Counted from the first letter of the stretch, positions 47,102 to 57,498 are shown. The stretch: 64,000 nucleotides of DNA from an uncultured Brevinematales bacterium (GCA_964591955.1 CAZQBT010000006.1:1809-65808), one strand, 5' to 3'. Made by a program: numbers and translations. The notes: a model not told the origin generated them from the letters alone.

Positions 47102-49171
47102 ATGGATAAAAGCAGGGTTTTAGTCTTCCTCTTTGTAGTATTTTCGATTTTTTCAACTGTCTATGCACGTCCGCGATTACCGCTTCCCGGCGCTTCCGAT
47201 AAAATGGATACGGAAAAGATAATAGACGACCTTGTTATGTTAAAGCGAATACCCATCGAGCAAAAAGAAAACGACAAAAAAGATTTGGAACTTGAAAACT
47301 TTATTCTTAATGATTTTGCAAAATACGTTCAGGAATTGGATACGCGTTCAAAAACGCTGTTCGGTCATCGTTCTCCCTTCAGGGAGATGCAGGCTCACCC
47401 ATCGGATGAATCCGTTTTTGAAGCTATTGCAAACAGAAACGCGGCTAAACAAAATTACAATATAGAGGTTGAAAAAGTTGCACGTCCCGATTCTTTTGCA
47501 TCGGACTCCATACAGCGTAACGAACGATTATCCAAAGCATTTTTTACTATTAATATCGGGGGCGAAACTTTTCATATACGCTTTGCAGGAGGAACTATAA
47601 ACCAGCTTGCCACAATAATTAACCAGCAGGCGGGTGAAAAAATTAACGCGAGGGTAATCAACGATACCTCATCTACGGCAGTGCTTCAGGTTTCAGGAAA
47701 GAAACCGGGAGCAGAAAACAAAATAGAGTTTTCCGGTGAAACGGATGAGCTTTTTAGGATTGGATTATTGAAGCAGGGAATAGAAAGAACCGATGATATT
47801 AAAATCATCCTGTCCGATATTTTATCAATGAATGAGCTTCAGATTCTTGCAACACCTGAAAGAGTGATATTGCGTTCGCAAAACGAGGGAAGCCTTGATA
47901 TTTCAAAGCACAATATTGAAATTTATCCCAAAACAACGTTGTTTTTTAACGCGGAAATTCGGATTTTGGATAAGGACGCTCCTGTTACCGAAGCCGTTGA
48001 TAATGATGAGTTTCCTGCGCTTAGAATCGGGCAAATGGAAGGAATTACGTTAAGCAACATTACGGTTGAGGGTGGATGGCTTATACCGTTTTACGTTGAG
48101 GAGACAGAACCTCCTGCAGCGCCGCAGGAAGTTACTAATTTTACGGGAATTTTTACTATCGTTTTTGAGGATAACACTCGCCGCACTTTTGAAGTAACCG
48201 AAAGCGGAAGTTTTTCATTCCCTTTGGGAAGTTTTTCGGAAAAACGAGCTTCCAAGATAATACTCAGGAATCTCAACACCGACCGCGATGTTACTATTTC
48301 GGATGTTCGTTTTGTTACCGAAATAGAAGACGGCGGTATTCAACCGAAAAACCCTATTACAAAGGCAAGCGATGCCGTTATCAAAGTTGACGGCGTTAGA
48401 GTTGTCAGACCTGATAACAGTATAGATGATATAATAGACGGCGTTACTCTCCATCTTAAAAGGGAATCGGAATTTCCTCTAAACCTGAATGTCGATTATG
48501 ACTATGACTTAATAATAGATTCAATCTTAGACTGGGTTCACGCATATAATCTTGTAATGGAATATTTAGTAATAGTAACGCGTCCTAACTTAGCCAGAAC
48601 CCCGTTGCATAAAAGAGAAGATGAAAACTTGCGGGACGGGGTATTTCAAACCGATTCGAGTTTTCAAACCTTGCGAACCCGCCTAAGAAATGTTGTTATG
48701 AACTCATATCCCACTTCTCTCGGCAGAGAATTAGCTGTTTTAGAACAAATTGGAATATTCACAAAGCGCGCGGGAAGAATTGACACAGCATCGGACGAAT
48801 GGGAAATTGCACGAATGGGAATATTGGATGTGGACAAGGATAATCTAAGGGAATCTCTTTTAACGAAATTCAGGGGAGTGGAAGAAATTTTTGCAAATGA
48901 CACAACGGGAGATATTGTAAGAGATTCGGGAGCTGCGGTTGAAACCGCAAACGTCCTTCAATTAGCGCAGGGAGCAGCCGGATTTATCACCCGTAAGCGT
49001 CAAAATAATGAAGAACGTATCAAAGAACACACAAGACAAATCGCAAGAATGGAAGAAGACATCAAGGATTATGAGGCACAGGAAAGAAGGCGTTTCGGGA
49101 GAATGAATCAGGCTATTATAGAATCCGAATCCCGCAAAAACTGGTTGGATAATCAATTCAAAAACCGCTAA
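47102..49171 (+). CDS. fliD: Flagellar filament cap protein FliD (spirochaete-type, long), with an N-terminal signal-peptide-like extension
   Basis: LPGASDKMDTEKIIDDLV N-motif, YNIEVEKVA, ASDAVIKVDGVRVVRPDNSIDDIIDGVTLHLK, WVHAYN, LEQIGI and a C-terminal coiled coil ending RRFGRMNQAI. Confidence 0.85.
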   Translation: MDKSRVLVFLFVVFSIFSTVYARPRLPLPGASDKMDTEKIIDDLVMLKRIPIEQKENDKKDLELENFILNDFAKYVQELDTRSKTLFGHRSPFREMQAHPSDESVFEAIANRNAAKQNYNIEVEKVARPDSFASDSIQRNERLSKAFFTINIGGETFHIRFAGGTINQLATIINQQAGEKINARVINDTSSTAVLQVSGKKPGAENKIEFSGETDELFRIGLLKQGIERTDDIKIILSDILSMNELQILATPERVILRSQNEGSLDISKHNIEIYPKTTLFFNAEIRILDKDAPVTEAVDNDEFPALRIGQMEGITLSNITVEGGWLIPFYVEETEPPAAPQEVTNFTGIFTIVFEDNTRRTFEVTESGSFSFPLGSFSEKRASKIILRNLNTDRDVTISDVRFVTEIEDGGIQPKNPITKASDAVIKVDGVRVVRPDNSIDDIIDGVTLHLKRESEFPLNLNVDYDYDLIIDSILDWVHAYNLVMEYLVIVTRPNLARTPLHKREDENLRDGVFQTDSSFQTLRTRLRNVVMNSYPTSLGRELAVLEQIGIFTKRAGRIDTASDEWEIARMGILDVDKDNLRESLLTKFRGVEEIFANDTTGDIVRDSGAAVETANVLQLAQGAAGFITRKRQNNEERIKEHTRQIARMEEDIKDYEAQERRRFGRMNQAIIESESRKNWLDNQFKNR

Positions 49172-49244
49172 AGCAATTTTACACTAAGGATTTTTTCTCA
49201 AGATATTTTTTTTATTTATTTTTATGAATCAAACAATTTTTCTA

Positions 49245-49347
49245 TTGACAAAAAAAGTAAAAGAGTTAGAATATGGGTCAGTTAATAAAAATAATCCTTT
49301 CATAATAATCAAAAACATATTGACAATAAAAAAAAATATTATAAAAT
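49245..49347 (+). promoter_or_regulatory. Two tandem sigma70-like promoters upstream of the ABC permeases
   Basis: TTGACA-N16-TAGAAT (49245-49272) and TTGACA-N16-TAAAAT (49320-49347). Confidence 0.55.
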
Positions 49348-49398
49348 ATGCATTCAAATTGAAAGTTCGATAAAGTAAAGAAGGATGGAGGGTATCCT

Positions 49399-51033
49399 AT
49401 GGATTTACAAGAAAGGGCTATTGACAACCGAAAATATGCTCGTGAAAAGCGAAGGAAAGATGTATTTGCGGCGTGGGTATTTTTGCTGCCCAATTTTTTG
49501 GGTTTTCTGCTTATAACGTTTTTTCCCGTGTTTTTTACCTTTTTCCTGTCGTTTACCGAGTGGGATGGGCTAACATGGGCAAGTCCTGCCGAACTCTCGG
49601 TAGTGTTGGCAACCCGGGACGGGTCTCCTGCCAGACAAACCGTAACCTTACCTGAAGGAACTCCGCTTACCGTAACTACAACTCAACGTGATAGACGTCA
49701 AGTGGGAATAAATGTTCCTTACCGTATAAATCAGGATATTGTCATTGGCGCAGAAGAAACTATTCATTCATTTATACCTATAAATGCATTAAGGGAATGG
49801 TCATTTTATAAAACTCCTGCCGACACGCCTATAGTTGAGCCGGTGGTTGATATGGTAGAAGAAGATTTAAGACAAAATATTGCTGAGGGTCAACTTTTCT
49901 TTTCAAGAGATAATTTGACGGCAATTAACCCCCGTTTTGAAAAAGGTGTTGAAGGTGTGGCTTTGGAAGCAAGCGAGGCAACTGCCGATATTTCTATTGT
50001 TAAAAGAGTAACCGAAGAAGACGTGGTTATACCTGCAGGCACTGTGTTTTTTGTTGACCTTTTTATAAACATAGTAACAGGTGTGGAAACAGTGGAATGG
50101 ACTTTTATTTTAGACAGACCTCTTGTCCTTCAGGCGGGTGAAACCGAAACAAGAGTTCCCGTTAACGTTAAGGCTGAACAAAGCGGAGCAATAGCCGCAG
50201 AGCCGGTTTTAAGAAGGATGACGCTTGAAACTCCCGAGCGAATACCCAATGTTGCCGTCCGCCCTAAATTTATTCGCAGAACGGGAACAAGCGGTATAAA
50301 AATGGTGGGTTTTAAAAACTATAGAAATCTATTTGTTACGGACTCCCGTTTTCGTTTCTATATGTATAATACGCTCATATTTTTACTCCAAATTCCATTC
50401 GGTATGGCGCTTTCACTTATAATGGCGCTTGCTATGAACCAACCGCTAAAGGGAATTGTGGTATTTCGTGTGTTATTCTTTATCCCCGTTATTTCAAATA
50501 TCGTAGCCGTTGCCCTTTTGTGGCGATGGATATTTAATGCCGATTATGGGTTAATAAATACCGTGCTTAGAGGTATAGGTGTAATGAATCCGCCGCGATG
50601 GTTTTCTAATCCCGGATGGGCAAGGGTTACCATCATTATTGCTGAAGTTTGGAAAGGCGCAGGTTATAATATGATGCTTTATCTTGCAGGTTTACAGGGT
50701 ATTCCTCACTATCTTTATGAAGCAGCGGAAATTGACGGGGCAAGCGGATTTCAAAAATTCTGGAATATTACCTGGCCTCTGCTCGGACCTACCAATTTCT
50801 TTATTATAATTATGGGTGTAATCGGGGGATTTCAGGCTTTCGGCACGCAATATGTAATGACAGCCGGAGGTCCTGCAGGCTCTACCACTACAATAGTGTA
50901 TTACCTCTATAACCACGCTTATCAGTGGAATAATATGGGCTATGCGACCGCTATCGCCGTTGTGTTGTTTGCTTTCGTTATGATTATTACAATCATAAAC
51001 TGGAACCTGACCGAAGGCAAAGTGGAATATTAA
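49399..51033 (+). CDS. Carbohydrate ABC transporter permease (MalF/UgpA type) with a ~240 aa extracytoplasmic insertion
   Basis: FLLPNFLGF..LSFTEWDG, then the insertion, then VGFKNY; EAA loop YEAAEIDGA..KFWNITWPLL; MGYATAIA. Confidence 0.92.
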   Translation: MDLQERAIDNRKYAREKRRKDVFAAWVFLLPNFLGFLLITFFPVFFTFFLSFTEWDGLTWASPAELSVVLATRDGSPARQTVTLPEGTPLTVTTTQRDRRQVGINVPYRINQDIVIGAEETIHSFIPINALREWSFYKTPADTPIVEPVVDMVEEDLRQNIAEGQLFFSRDNLTAINPRFEKGVEGVALEASEATADISIVKRVTEEDVVIPAGTVFFVDLFINIVTGVETVEWTFILDRPLVLQAGETETRVPVNVKAEQSGAIAAEPVLRRMTLETPERIPNVAVRPKFIRRTGTSGIKMVGFKNYRNLFVTDSRFRFYMYNTLIFLLQIPFGMALSLIMALAMNQPLKGIVVFRVLFFIPVISNIVAVALLWRWIFNADYGLINTVLRGIGVMNPPRWFSNPGWARVTIIIAEVWKGAGYNMMLYLAGLQGIPHYLYEAAEIDGASGFQKFWNITWPLLGPTNFFIIIMGVIGGFQAFGTQYVMTAGGPAGSTTTIVYYLYNHAYQWNNMGYATAIAVVLFAFVMIITIINWNLTEGKVEY

Positions 51034-51043
51034 GGAGGATAAT

Positions 51044-51997
51044 ATGGCAACAGTATCAAGTAAAACTACTTCATATACAAATACCAAAGGGCTAACCCTT
51101 CAGGAAATACGAAGGCGGGAGCGAATACGGCGTAATATTATCTCTTATGTTGTATTAAGTTTGGTGTCGGTATTTTTTATTCTCCCGTTTATCTATACAA
51201 TATCTACATCAATGAAATATCCGGGAGACATCTTTGACGGCAGATTTATACCTAATCCGGTTATAGAACCGTTTTGGTATAACTTTTTCGGGCGCACCGA
51301 AATGGCAATTTCCGGGCTTAGATATGACGGCGCGTTTTATGCGGGATGGTCGAGAACGGGAATTCCTCCTTTCGCAAGATATTACCTCAACTCCATTATC
51401 GTAGCCATAACCGTTACATTCTTGCAACTTGTTACCTGCTCTTTAGCCGCTTATGCATTCTCCCGCCTCAAATGGCCCGGCAGAAACAAAATATTTTTGG
51501 CATATCTCGGAACAATGATGGTTCCCGGTCAAGTTTTGATGATACCGTGGTTTATTATGTTTACTCAAATCGGCTTGATTGATACTTTGATGGCTATAAT
51601 ACTTCCGGGCGCTTTTTCCGCATACGGAACGTTTATGCTACGGCAATACTTTATGTCTATACCGGCTGCGCTTGAGGAAGCGGCTGTTATTGACGGGGCT
51701 TCAAAAATGCAAATACTCGGTTTGATTATAGTTCCGTTGTCTAAAACGGCGCTTGCCACGTTGGCAATTTTTACATTCCTGTTCTCATGGAATGACTTTA
51801 TGTGGCCTTTGATTGTTCTTCATTCCGATACAAACAAAACTTTGCCTATCGGCTTGCAGGCATTCCAAACATCTTACGGCGCACAGTGGCATTTGATTAT
51901 GGCGGCTTCGTTAATCGTGCTTTTACCCGTGATTATAGTGTTTATCGCAGGGCAGAAGCAAATTACCAAAGGTATTATGATGACGGGTATTAAATAG
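51044..51997 (+). CDS. Carbohydrate ABC transporter permease (MalG/UgpE type)
   Basis: NSIIVA, AAYAFSRL, LEEAAVIDGA, WNDFMWPL and TLPIGL motifs. Confidence 0.93.
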   Translation: MATVSSKTTSYTNTKGLTLQEIRRRERIRRNIISYVVLSLVSVFFILPFIYTISTSMKYPGDIFDGRFIPNPVIEPFWYNFFGRTEMAISGLRYDGAFYAGWSRTGIPPFARYYLNSIIVAITVTFLQLVTCSLAAYAFSRLKWPGRNKIFLAYLGTMMVPGQVLMIPWFIMFTQIGLIDTLMAIILPGAFSAYGTFMLRQYFMSIPAALEEAAVIDGASKMQILGLIIVPLSKTALATLAIFTFLFSWNDFMWPLIVLHSDTNKTLPIGLQAFQTSYGAQWHLIMAASLIVLLPVIIVFIAGQKQITKGIMMTGIK

Positions 51998-52014
51998 ATT
52001 TTAGTTTATAATTT

Positions 52015-52044
52015 GCGAGCCTCTTTTGAGGCTCGTTTTTTTTT
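52015..52044 (+). terminator. Rho-independent terminator after the permease pair
   Basis: GCGAGCCTC-TTTT-GAGGCTCG followed by a T-run. Confidence 0.88.
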
Positions 52045-52093
52045 GACTTTTATTTACGGTAAGTTTACAATTATCTAAATCAAGGAGAAACGC

Positions 52094-52471
52094 TTGAAAG
52101 AAACATACAACCCCCTGTCATTAAAAAATGCCGAAATCTACTCTTTGCCTCTTTACGAACTTGATTCCTCTTATAAGCAAGTATTTTTAGCCCATATTTT
52201 AACGGAAATCGGAAATAAACTTGAAAATCTCGGTATAGATGAGTTTGTTGTTTTAAACACCGAAAAGATGGATATTTTCTATAAATCGAAAAGAACTAAA
52301 AAAGCGCTTCCTATCCTGATGATATATATAGCGAATGGGAAGATAACGGTAAAACTTAAAAACAGGAGCAAACCCGCTATATTGGATAATGCCTGTGCCG
52401 AAACCCTTTTGGATATTAACGAGGCAATTATCGCATACATAAAAAATCATAAAGTTAGACGGGAGAGCTAA
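52094..52471 (+). CDS. Hypothetical protein
   Basis: 125 aa ORF with a GGAG RBS before a TTG start, filling the gap between the terminator and suhB; no family recognised. Confidence 0.6.
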   Translation: MKETYNPLSLKNAEIYSLPLYELDSSYKQVFLAHILTEIGNKLENLGIDEFVVLNTEKMDIFYKSKRTKKALPILMIYIANGKITVKLKNRSKPAILDNACAETLLDINEAIIAYIKNHKVRRES

Positions 52472-53258
52472 CCTCTTTCAGAATTTCCACCATTCTTTCA
52501 TGTATCCGCCCGTTAGATGCAATAATGGTTTTCTGATATACGTCAAAATCCCCGCCGTAATAATTTGTAACTACCCCGCCGGCTTCACGAACAATAATAT
52601 AACCCGCCGCCATATCCCAGGGTTTGAGCCCCTCTTCATAGAAAGCATCGCAACGCCCGCAAGCAACATACGCCAAATCCATAGCGGCAGAACCAAGCCT
52701 GCGAAATGCCTCAAAGTCTCTCACGATAACTTCCATACTTCGCATAAGTTCGTTCATTCTCCCGCCCTTGCGATATGGAAATCCCGTAACAATCATAGAT
52801 TTGCCCGGATTGGATATGTTTGATACCTGTATGGGGTTGCCGTTCAAAAAAGCGCCATCGCCCAAAGATGCGGTATATAGCTCCTGCAATACGGGATTAT
52901 AAATCACGCCTGCAACGATTTTTTTTTCAATCTCAACGGCAACACATACGGCAACATAAGGAATTTTATGAGTGAAATTTACCGTGCCGTCTATAGGGTC
53001 TATTATCCATTTTATATCACTGCCTTTATCGACGGAAAGGTTTTCCTCGGTAAGTATGGAATGTGCGGGGTACCGGGAATTTATAATGCGCACAATCGCT
53101 TCTTCGCTTAATTTATCGTAAAGCGTAACGGGGTCGGCAAAACCTTTAAGCTCTATTTTTTTATCGACGCTATCCCTGCCGAAACCCTCTGAAATAATTT
53201 TTCCGCCTTCCATCGCAGACTTAACTGCAACATCAAGAAATTCCTTATAACTCATCAA
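52455..53258 (-). CDS. suhB: Inositol monophosphatase family protein
   Basis: WIIDPIDGTVNF, RRLGSAAMDLAYVACGR and PWDMAAG motifs. Confidence 0.92.
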   Translation of the reverse strand: MMSYKEFLDVAVKSAMEGGKIISEGFGRDSVDKKIELKGFADPVTLYDKLSEEAIVRIINSRYPAHSILTEENLSVDKGSDIKWIIDPIDGTVNFTHKIPYVAVCVAVEIEKKIVAGVIYNPVLQELYTASLGDGAFLNGNPIQVSNISNPGKSMIVTGFPYRKGGRMNELMRSMEVIVRDFEAFRRLGSAAMDLAYVACGRCDAFYEEGLKPWDMAAGYIIVREAGGVVTNYYGGDFDVYQKTIIASNGRIHERMVEILKEVSSPV

Positions 53259-53266
53259 AACTCCGA

Positions 53267-53992
53267 TTAACTTAGTAATTCCTTAAGCCGTTTTGCATTT
53301 TCAACGGCAAACCCGGAAGATGTATTATTAAAAAAAATGAAACACTTTTCAAAGCCGGATATTTTAATTTTTTCGGCAAATTCCTTAAGCTCATTATCCG
53401 TATAAAGAGAGTGAAGCATACGGTCTTTTCCATGAAACCGAAAATATAAAGTGTTGAATCTGGAATTATCAGGAAAAAACTCAATTTTCGGAGAAGAAAC
53501 ACCTACCGGAATAATATTTTTATTAGCGCAGGCATCAAGAAACCCTTTTTTCAGGCATTCCTCATTTCTAAACTCCAAAGCATAACGATATTCTTTAGGA
53601 AGCAAGGAAAAAAATTTTTCAAGCTTGTCTTCGCTAAAATCACAATCCTGAGGAAGCTGGATTAAAATAATCTCCACCCGTTCTTTGATAATATTGATTC
53701 TCTCAAAGAACTCGTCAATTACTTTGCGATTATCGGTTTCCGCTCGAAGATGTTTTTGGTGAGAAATCTTGCCGAACATTTTGACGCAAAACCTAAAATT
53801 CTCAGGGGTCTTTGCCTTCCATGATTTCACGTAATTAACAAACGGTAACCTGTAAAATGTCGAATTGACTTCAATAATATCAAAATGTTTGGAATAAAAA
53901 GATAAATAATCCCCGCACGGTAAATCGGGAGGATAAAACTCTCCTACCCAATCATCATAATTCCACCCGGATGTTCCGATTTTTATTTCCAT
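53267..53992 (-). CDS. DUF72 (YecE-like) protein
   Basis: IGTSGWNY, EVNSTFY, LEFR, YFRFHG and FFNN motifs. Confidence 0.9.
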   Translation of the reverse strand: MEIKIGTSGWNYDDWVGEFYPPDLPCGDYLSFYSKHFDIIEVNSTFYRLPFVNYVKSWKAKTPENFRFCVKMFGKISHQKHLRAETDNRKVIDEFFERINIIKERVEIILIQLPQDCDFSEDKLEKFFSLLPKEYRYALEFRNEECLKKGFLDACANKNIIPVGVSSPKIEFFPDNSRFNTLYFRFHGKDRMLHSLYTDNELKEFAEKIKISGFEKCFIFFNNTSSGFAVENAKRLKELLS

Positions 53993-54054
53993 AATTCACC
54001 CCCCGTATTACCTATTTTTTTTCTTATTACTTTTTACAGAACCTTATTTACAAC

Positions 54055-55170
54055 CTAATAACTTCCTTTTGAATATGAACCCAAAATTTTCAGAAATACC
54101 GAATCCTCCTTAACTTTATCAAGCGCTTTTTTGAGCGCACTATTATTGATACTCTCGTCAATATCAATAAAGAACAAATAATCCCAAGGTCTTCGCTTTG
54201 ACGGTCTGGATTCTATCTTTGAGAGATTAATATTATAAACCTGAAAAGGCGAAAGGAGTCTCAACAAAGCGCCGGGTTTGTCTTTAACCGAAACAAGCAC
54301 GGTGGTTTTTTCGGGATTATCAGCCTTTTGTTTATCGGTAGAGATAATCCAAAAACGGGTATAGTTTTCGGGATTGTCCTCAATATTTCTTTCTAAAATG
54401 TTTAGCCCGTATTTTTCGGCAGCTATTTCACTTGCGATTGCCGCAGAAAATTTATCCCAAGGAACCAAACTTGCGGCTTTGGCGGTGCTTGACACCTCCA
54501 TTTTTTCCGCATTCGGAAGATTGGTTTCTATCCATATACGACACTGCGCAAAGCCCTGTGGATGCGAATATATGCGCTTAATCTCGCTTATATTATCAAC
54601 GTTTGCCAACAGATTATGATGGATACTCAGATAAGTTTCGCCGACTATGGTTAAAGGAGAATCGACAAACTCATCAAGAGTCAAATTAACCGTTCCCTGC
54701 TGGGAATTTTCAATAGGAACGATACCGAAATTCATCTTGCCGTTTTCAACCTGACGGAAAACGTCGGGGATTGTAGCAATGGGATTTAATATAACGGAAC
54801 TCCCGAAATGTTTTATAGCCGCCTGCTCGGTAAAAGTTCCCTCAGGACCGAGATAACCAATCATCAAAGGTTCTTCAAGAGAACGCGCCGCAGATACAAT
54901 TTCGGTAAAAATATGCATCAGGGCTTCGGTAGGAAAAGATTTTTTTGAATTAGACAATATACGGCTTTTTACTTCTTTTTCACGACCCGGCTGGTAAATA
55001 GGAATATCATATTTTTTCTTGTAGTCACCTATCTTTTTAACTAAATCAGCGCGCTCATCCAATAAGTTTACCATTGAAATATCAACATCATTGATTTTCT
55101 TGCGAAGTTCGTCAAGGAACTTCATATCCGCAGCGTTGCTTTCCTCTTTTTTATTTTTAGCATTCGCCAT
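54055..55170 (-). CDS. pheA: Chorismate mutase / prephenate dehydratase (P-protein)
   Basis: N-terminal CM domain (LRKKINDVD); YLGPEGTF, VPIENS, SHPQ, NYTRF and ACT-domain LSKIESRP motifs. Confidence 0.95.
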   Translation of the reverse strand: MANAKNKKEESNAADMKFLDELRKKINDVDISMVNLLDERADLVKKIGDYKKKYDIPIYQPGREKEVKSRILSNSKKSFPTEALMHIFTEIVSAARSLEEPLMIGYLGPEGTFTEQAAIKHFGSSVILNPIATIPDVFRQVENGKMNFGIVPIENSQQGTVNLTLDEFVDSPLTIVGETYLSIHHNLLANVDNISEIKRIYSHPQGFAQCRIWIETNLPNAEKMEVSSTAKAASLVPWDKFSAAIASEIAAEKYGLNILERNIEDNPENYTRFWIISTDKQKADNPEKTTVLVSVKDKPGALLRLLSPFQVYNINLSKIESRPSKRRPWDYLFFIDIDESINNSALKKALDKVKEDSVFLKILGSYSKGSY

Positions 55171-55182
55171 TTATAACCTCCA

Positions 55183-56028
55183 TTATTCCGTAAGTTGTAA
55201 AGCATCAAGACTTGTTCTAATAGAATCCAAAACGCCTTCTATATTAGCAGAAGTAAGTCCAAGTTTTCCATATTCCTCAGGCATAACATTCTTATCCACC
55301 CTAAAGTCAACACTGCTTCCCGGTGCAACCTGATAAGAAAGCCTGTTGGCAACATCTATTATATAAGCGTCCGTTTTAAAGTTTGCAGGCGCTTTTGAAC
55401 TGGTGTGATGGTATCTAACGGAATTGACTAAGAAATCCGGTAAGTTCCAAATTTCAATAAGTTTAGACCCGATTAAAGCATGGTCAATCCCCGCTATCCT
55501 CAATTCCGCCTCAATAAAATCAACTTTTCCCTCATTAACCTGAAACTTCAGGTTATCCACATAATTTTTAAGTGTAATATCCAATAAAATTTTGCCGACA
55601 TCATGCAAGAGACCCGCAACAAAAAATTTTTCATGATTGGAAAGCTTCATTATTTTTGCAATTGAACGAGCCGTCATCGCAACAGCCAAAGAATGAGACC
55701 ACAATTCACCTTTTTTCAGTCCATAAGTATGCAAGTCTTTAGAAAGCATCTGCCGCGTCAACATAGATAAAACAAGACTCTTTATTGTATCCAATCCTAA
55801 TATTACAACCGCATCTTTAACATTAATAATTTCCCGCGCATACCCGTAATATGCGGAATTTGCCATTTTCAAAATTTTTAACGTTAAAACCTGGTCGCTT
55901 TCAATAATTGCCTCAAAGTCGGCGGGAACGGAAAATTTATCCTCAATAAGATTAAGTATCTCCATTCCTATATGAGGCAAAACCGGCAAATCCTCGGCTT
56001 TAGCTAATATCTTATCAAATTTATCCAT
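55183..56028 (-). CDS. HDOD-domain protein
   Basis: LPVLP, ILKMANSAYY, LWSHSLAVA, AGLLHDVGK and HALIG..WNLP motifs. Confidence 0.92.
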   Translation of the reverse strand: MDKFDKILAKAEDLPVLPHIGMEILNLIEDKFSVPADFEAIIESDQVLTLKILKMANSAYYGYAREIINVKDAVVILGLDTIKSLVLSMLTRQMLSKDLHTYGLKKGELWSHSLAVAMTARSIAKIMKLSNHEKFFVAGLLHDVGKILLDITLKNYVDNLKFQVNEGKVDFIEAELRIAGIDHALIGSKLIEIWNLPDFLVNSVRYHHTSSKAPANFKTDAYIIDVANRLSYQVAPGSSVDFRVDKNVMPEEYGKLGLTSANIEGVLDSIRTSLDALQLTE

Positions 56029-56087
56029 AACAGCCCCTATAAACACAAACCTCAAAATTTCTAACTATAAAAATAAAACACGATATT

Positions 56088-56729
56088 CTATTCTTCACCC
56101 CCAAGACTTAATTCCAGCTCATTTTGCCCGTTTTCATCTTCAATCTCATTATCCTCGTCCTCATCATCCATAGAAAATTCGTTCAAATTAATGGTTTCAA
56201 GCGAGGGTAAATCATCCAAGTTCTCAAGCCTGAAAAGTTCCAAAAAGCGCTTGGTTGTCGAATACACAGGAGACTTTAAAACGTCATCGGTAGAACCCGA
56301 AATAGTAATGAGTTTATAACCTAAAAGCATATTAATACTACGAGTGCTTGAGACACCGCGAATTTTATCAACGTCCTCTTTGGAAATCGGTTGCTTATAA
56401 GCAACAATCGCGAGAGTTTCAAGAGCGCTTCGGGATAACTGGTTCTGGTTTCTCCTGCCGAAAAGCTCCTCCATCTCATCTTTAAAATGCGGATTTGATA
56501 CCATCTGAAACCCGCCCGCGACCGAAATTATATTCATACCTGCTTTTCTATCATTATAATCGGCATTAATCTCATCAATAAGAGAAATAATTTCATTTTT
56601 AGACATTTCAAATATATCACAAAGCTCGGAAAGTAAAACGGATTTCCCGTTCACAAAAAGGATAGCTTCCATTAATCCTTTAAGCTCGCTGCGGGAATAA
56701 GTCTTGTTTAAAAATAGAGAACCCCTCAT
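56088..56729 (-). CDS. scpB: SMC-Scp complex subunit ScpB
   Basis: EAILF, VAGGFQM, LSRSALETLAIVAYKQP, IRGV and TTKRFLELF motifs. Confidence 0.93.
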   Translation of the reverse strand: MRGSLFLNKTYSRSELKGLMEAILFVNGKSVLLSELCDIFEMSKNEIISLIDEINADYNDRKAGMNIISVAGGFQMVSNPHFKDEMEELFGRRNQNQLSRSALETLAIVAYKQPISKEDVDKIRGVSSTRSINMLLGYKLITISGSTDDVLKSPVYSTTKRFLELFRLENLDDLPSLETINLNEFSMDDEDEDNEIEDENGQNELELSLGGEE

Positions 56730-56746
56730 CTTCCCCTTCCTTTTGT

Positions 56747-57487
56747 TTAACTAACCTTAATATCATCACATCTCTCAATATCGATATCCGAAAACAATTT
56801 CATCTGGTGAAGCAAAACCTGTTGACGATGCCCCAACTCCATTGAACCGAGAAACGATGCTATTTTATCTATTTTCGTCTTTTGGTTTTTTGCAACCTCA
56901 CTAAATTTTACCATTTTTTTTGTATTAAGTAAACCTAAAATGAAGTTCATTTTTTCCTCAACATTAACTTCTCGCCTTTTTATAGGTATAGGTTTGCGGA
57001 CAAAAGAGCCGTAATATCGTCTAACCGCCGAAATAAGGTCTCCGACCATAAGCTCATCAAGACTACGCCCGCGGGATTTGGCAAACGGGTCTCTGACATA
57101 CCCGCGCGCATAATAAATATCCCCCGCGCTTTTCAAGCGGCCGAGTTCGCGTCCAAGATACCTGAATTTCTTATACTCTTTCAAACGCGCAAGAAGTTCC
57201 GCCTCATCCTCCTCCCCGAGAGTGTCCTCCTCCAAGCGAAGATGCGGCAATAATTTACGGGACTTAATATACACAAGTCGCGCCGCCATAACAAAAAACT
57301 CCGATGCCATATCTATATTAAACATCTGCATCGTCCGTATATAATGTATATACTGGTCGGTTATTTCGGCAAGCGCTATATCCGTAATATCAAGTTTAGC
57401 CTGTCCTATTAATTCCGTAAGCAGGTCTAAAGGTCCCTCAAAGTTTTTGAGCTTGAGATTATAACCGCATTTAATTATACCAAGCAT
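56747..57487 (-). CDS. scpA: Segregation/condensation protein A (kleisin)
   Basis: FEGPLDLL, ITDQY, SEFFVMAARLVYIKSRKLLP and FLGSMEL motifs; likely ATG at 57487. Confidence 0.92.
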   Translation of the reverse strand: MLGIIKCGYNLKLKNFEGPLDLLTELIGQAKLDITDIALAEITDQYIHYIRTMQMFNIDMASEFFVMAARLVYIKSRKLLPHLRLEEDTLGEEDEAELLARLKEYKKFRYLGRELGRLKSAGDIYYARGYVRDPFAKSRGRSLDELMVGDLISAVRRYYGSFVRKPIPIKRREVNVEEKMNFILGLLNTKKMVKFSEVAKNQKTKIDKIASFLGSMELGHRQQVLLHQMKLFSDIDIERCDDIKVS

Positions 57488-57498
57488 ACTCCCCTCAT

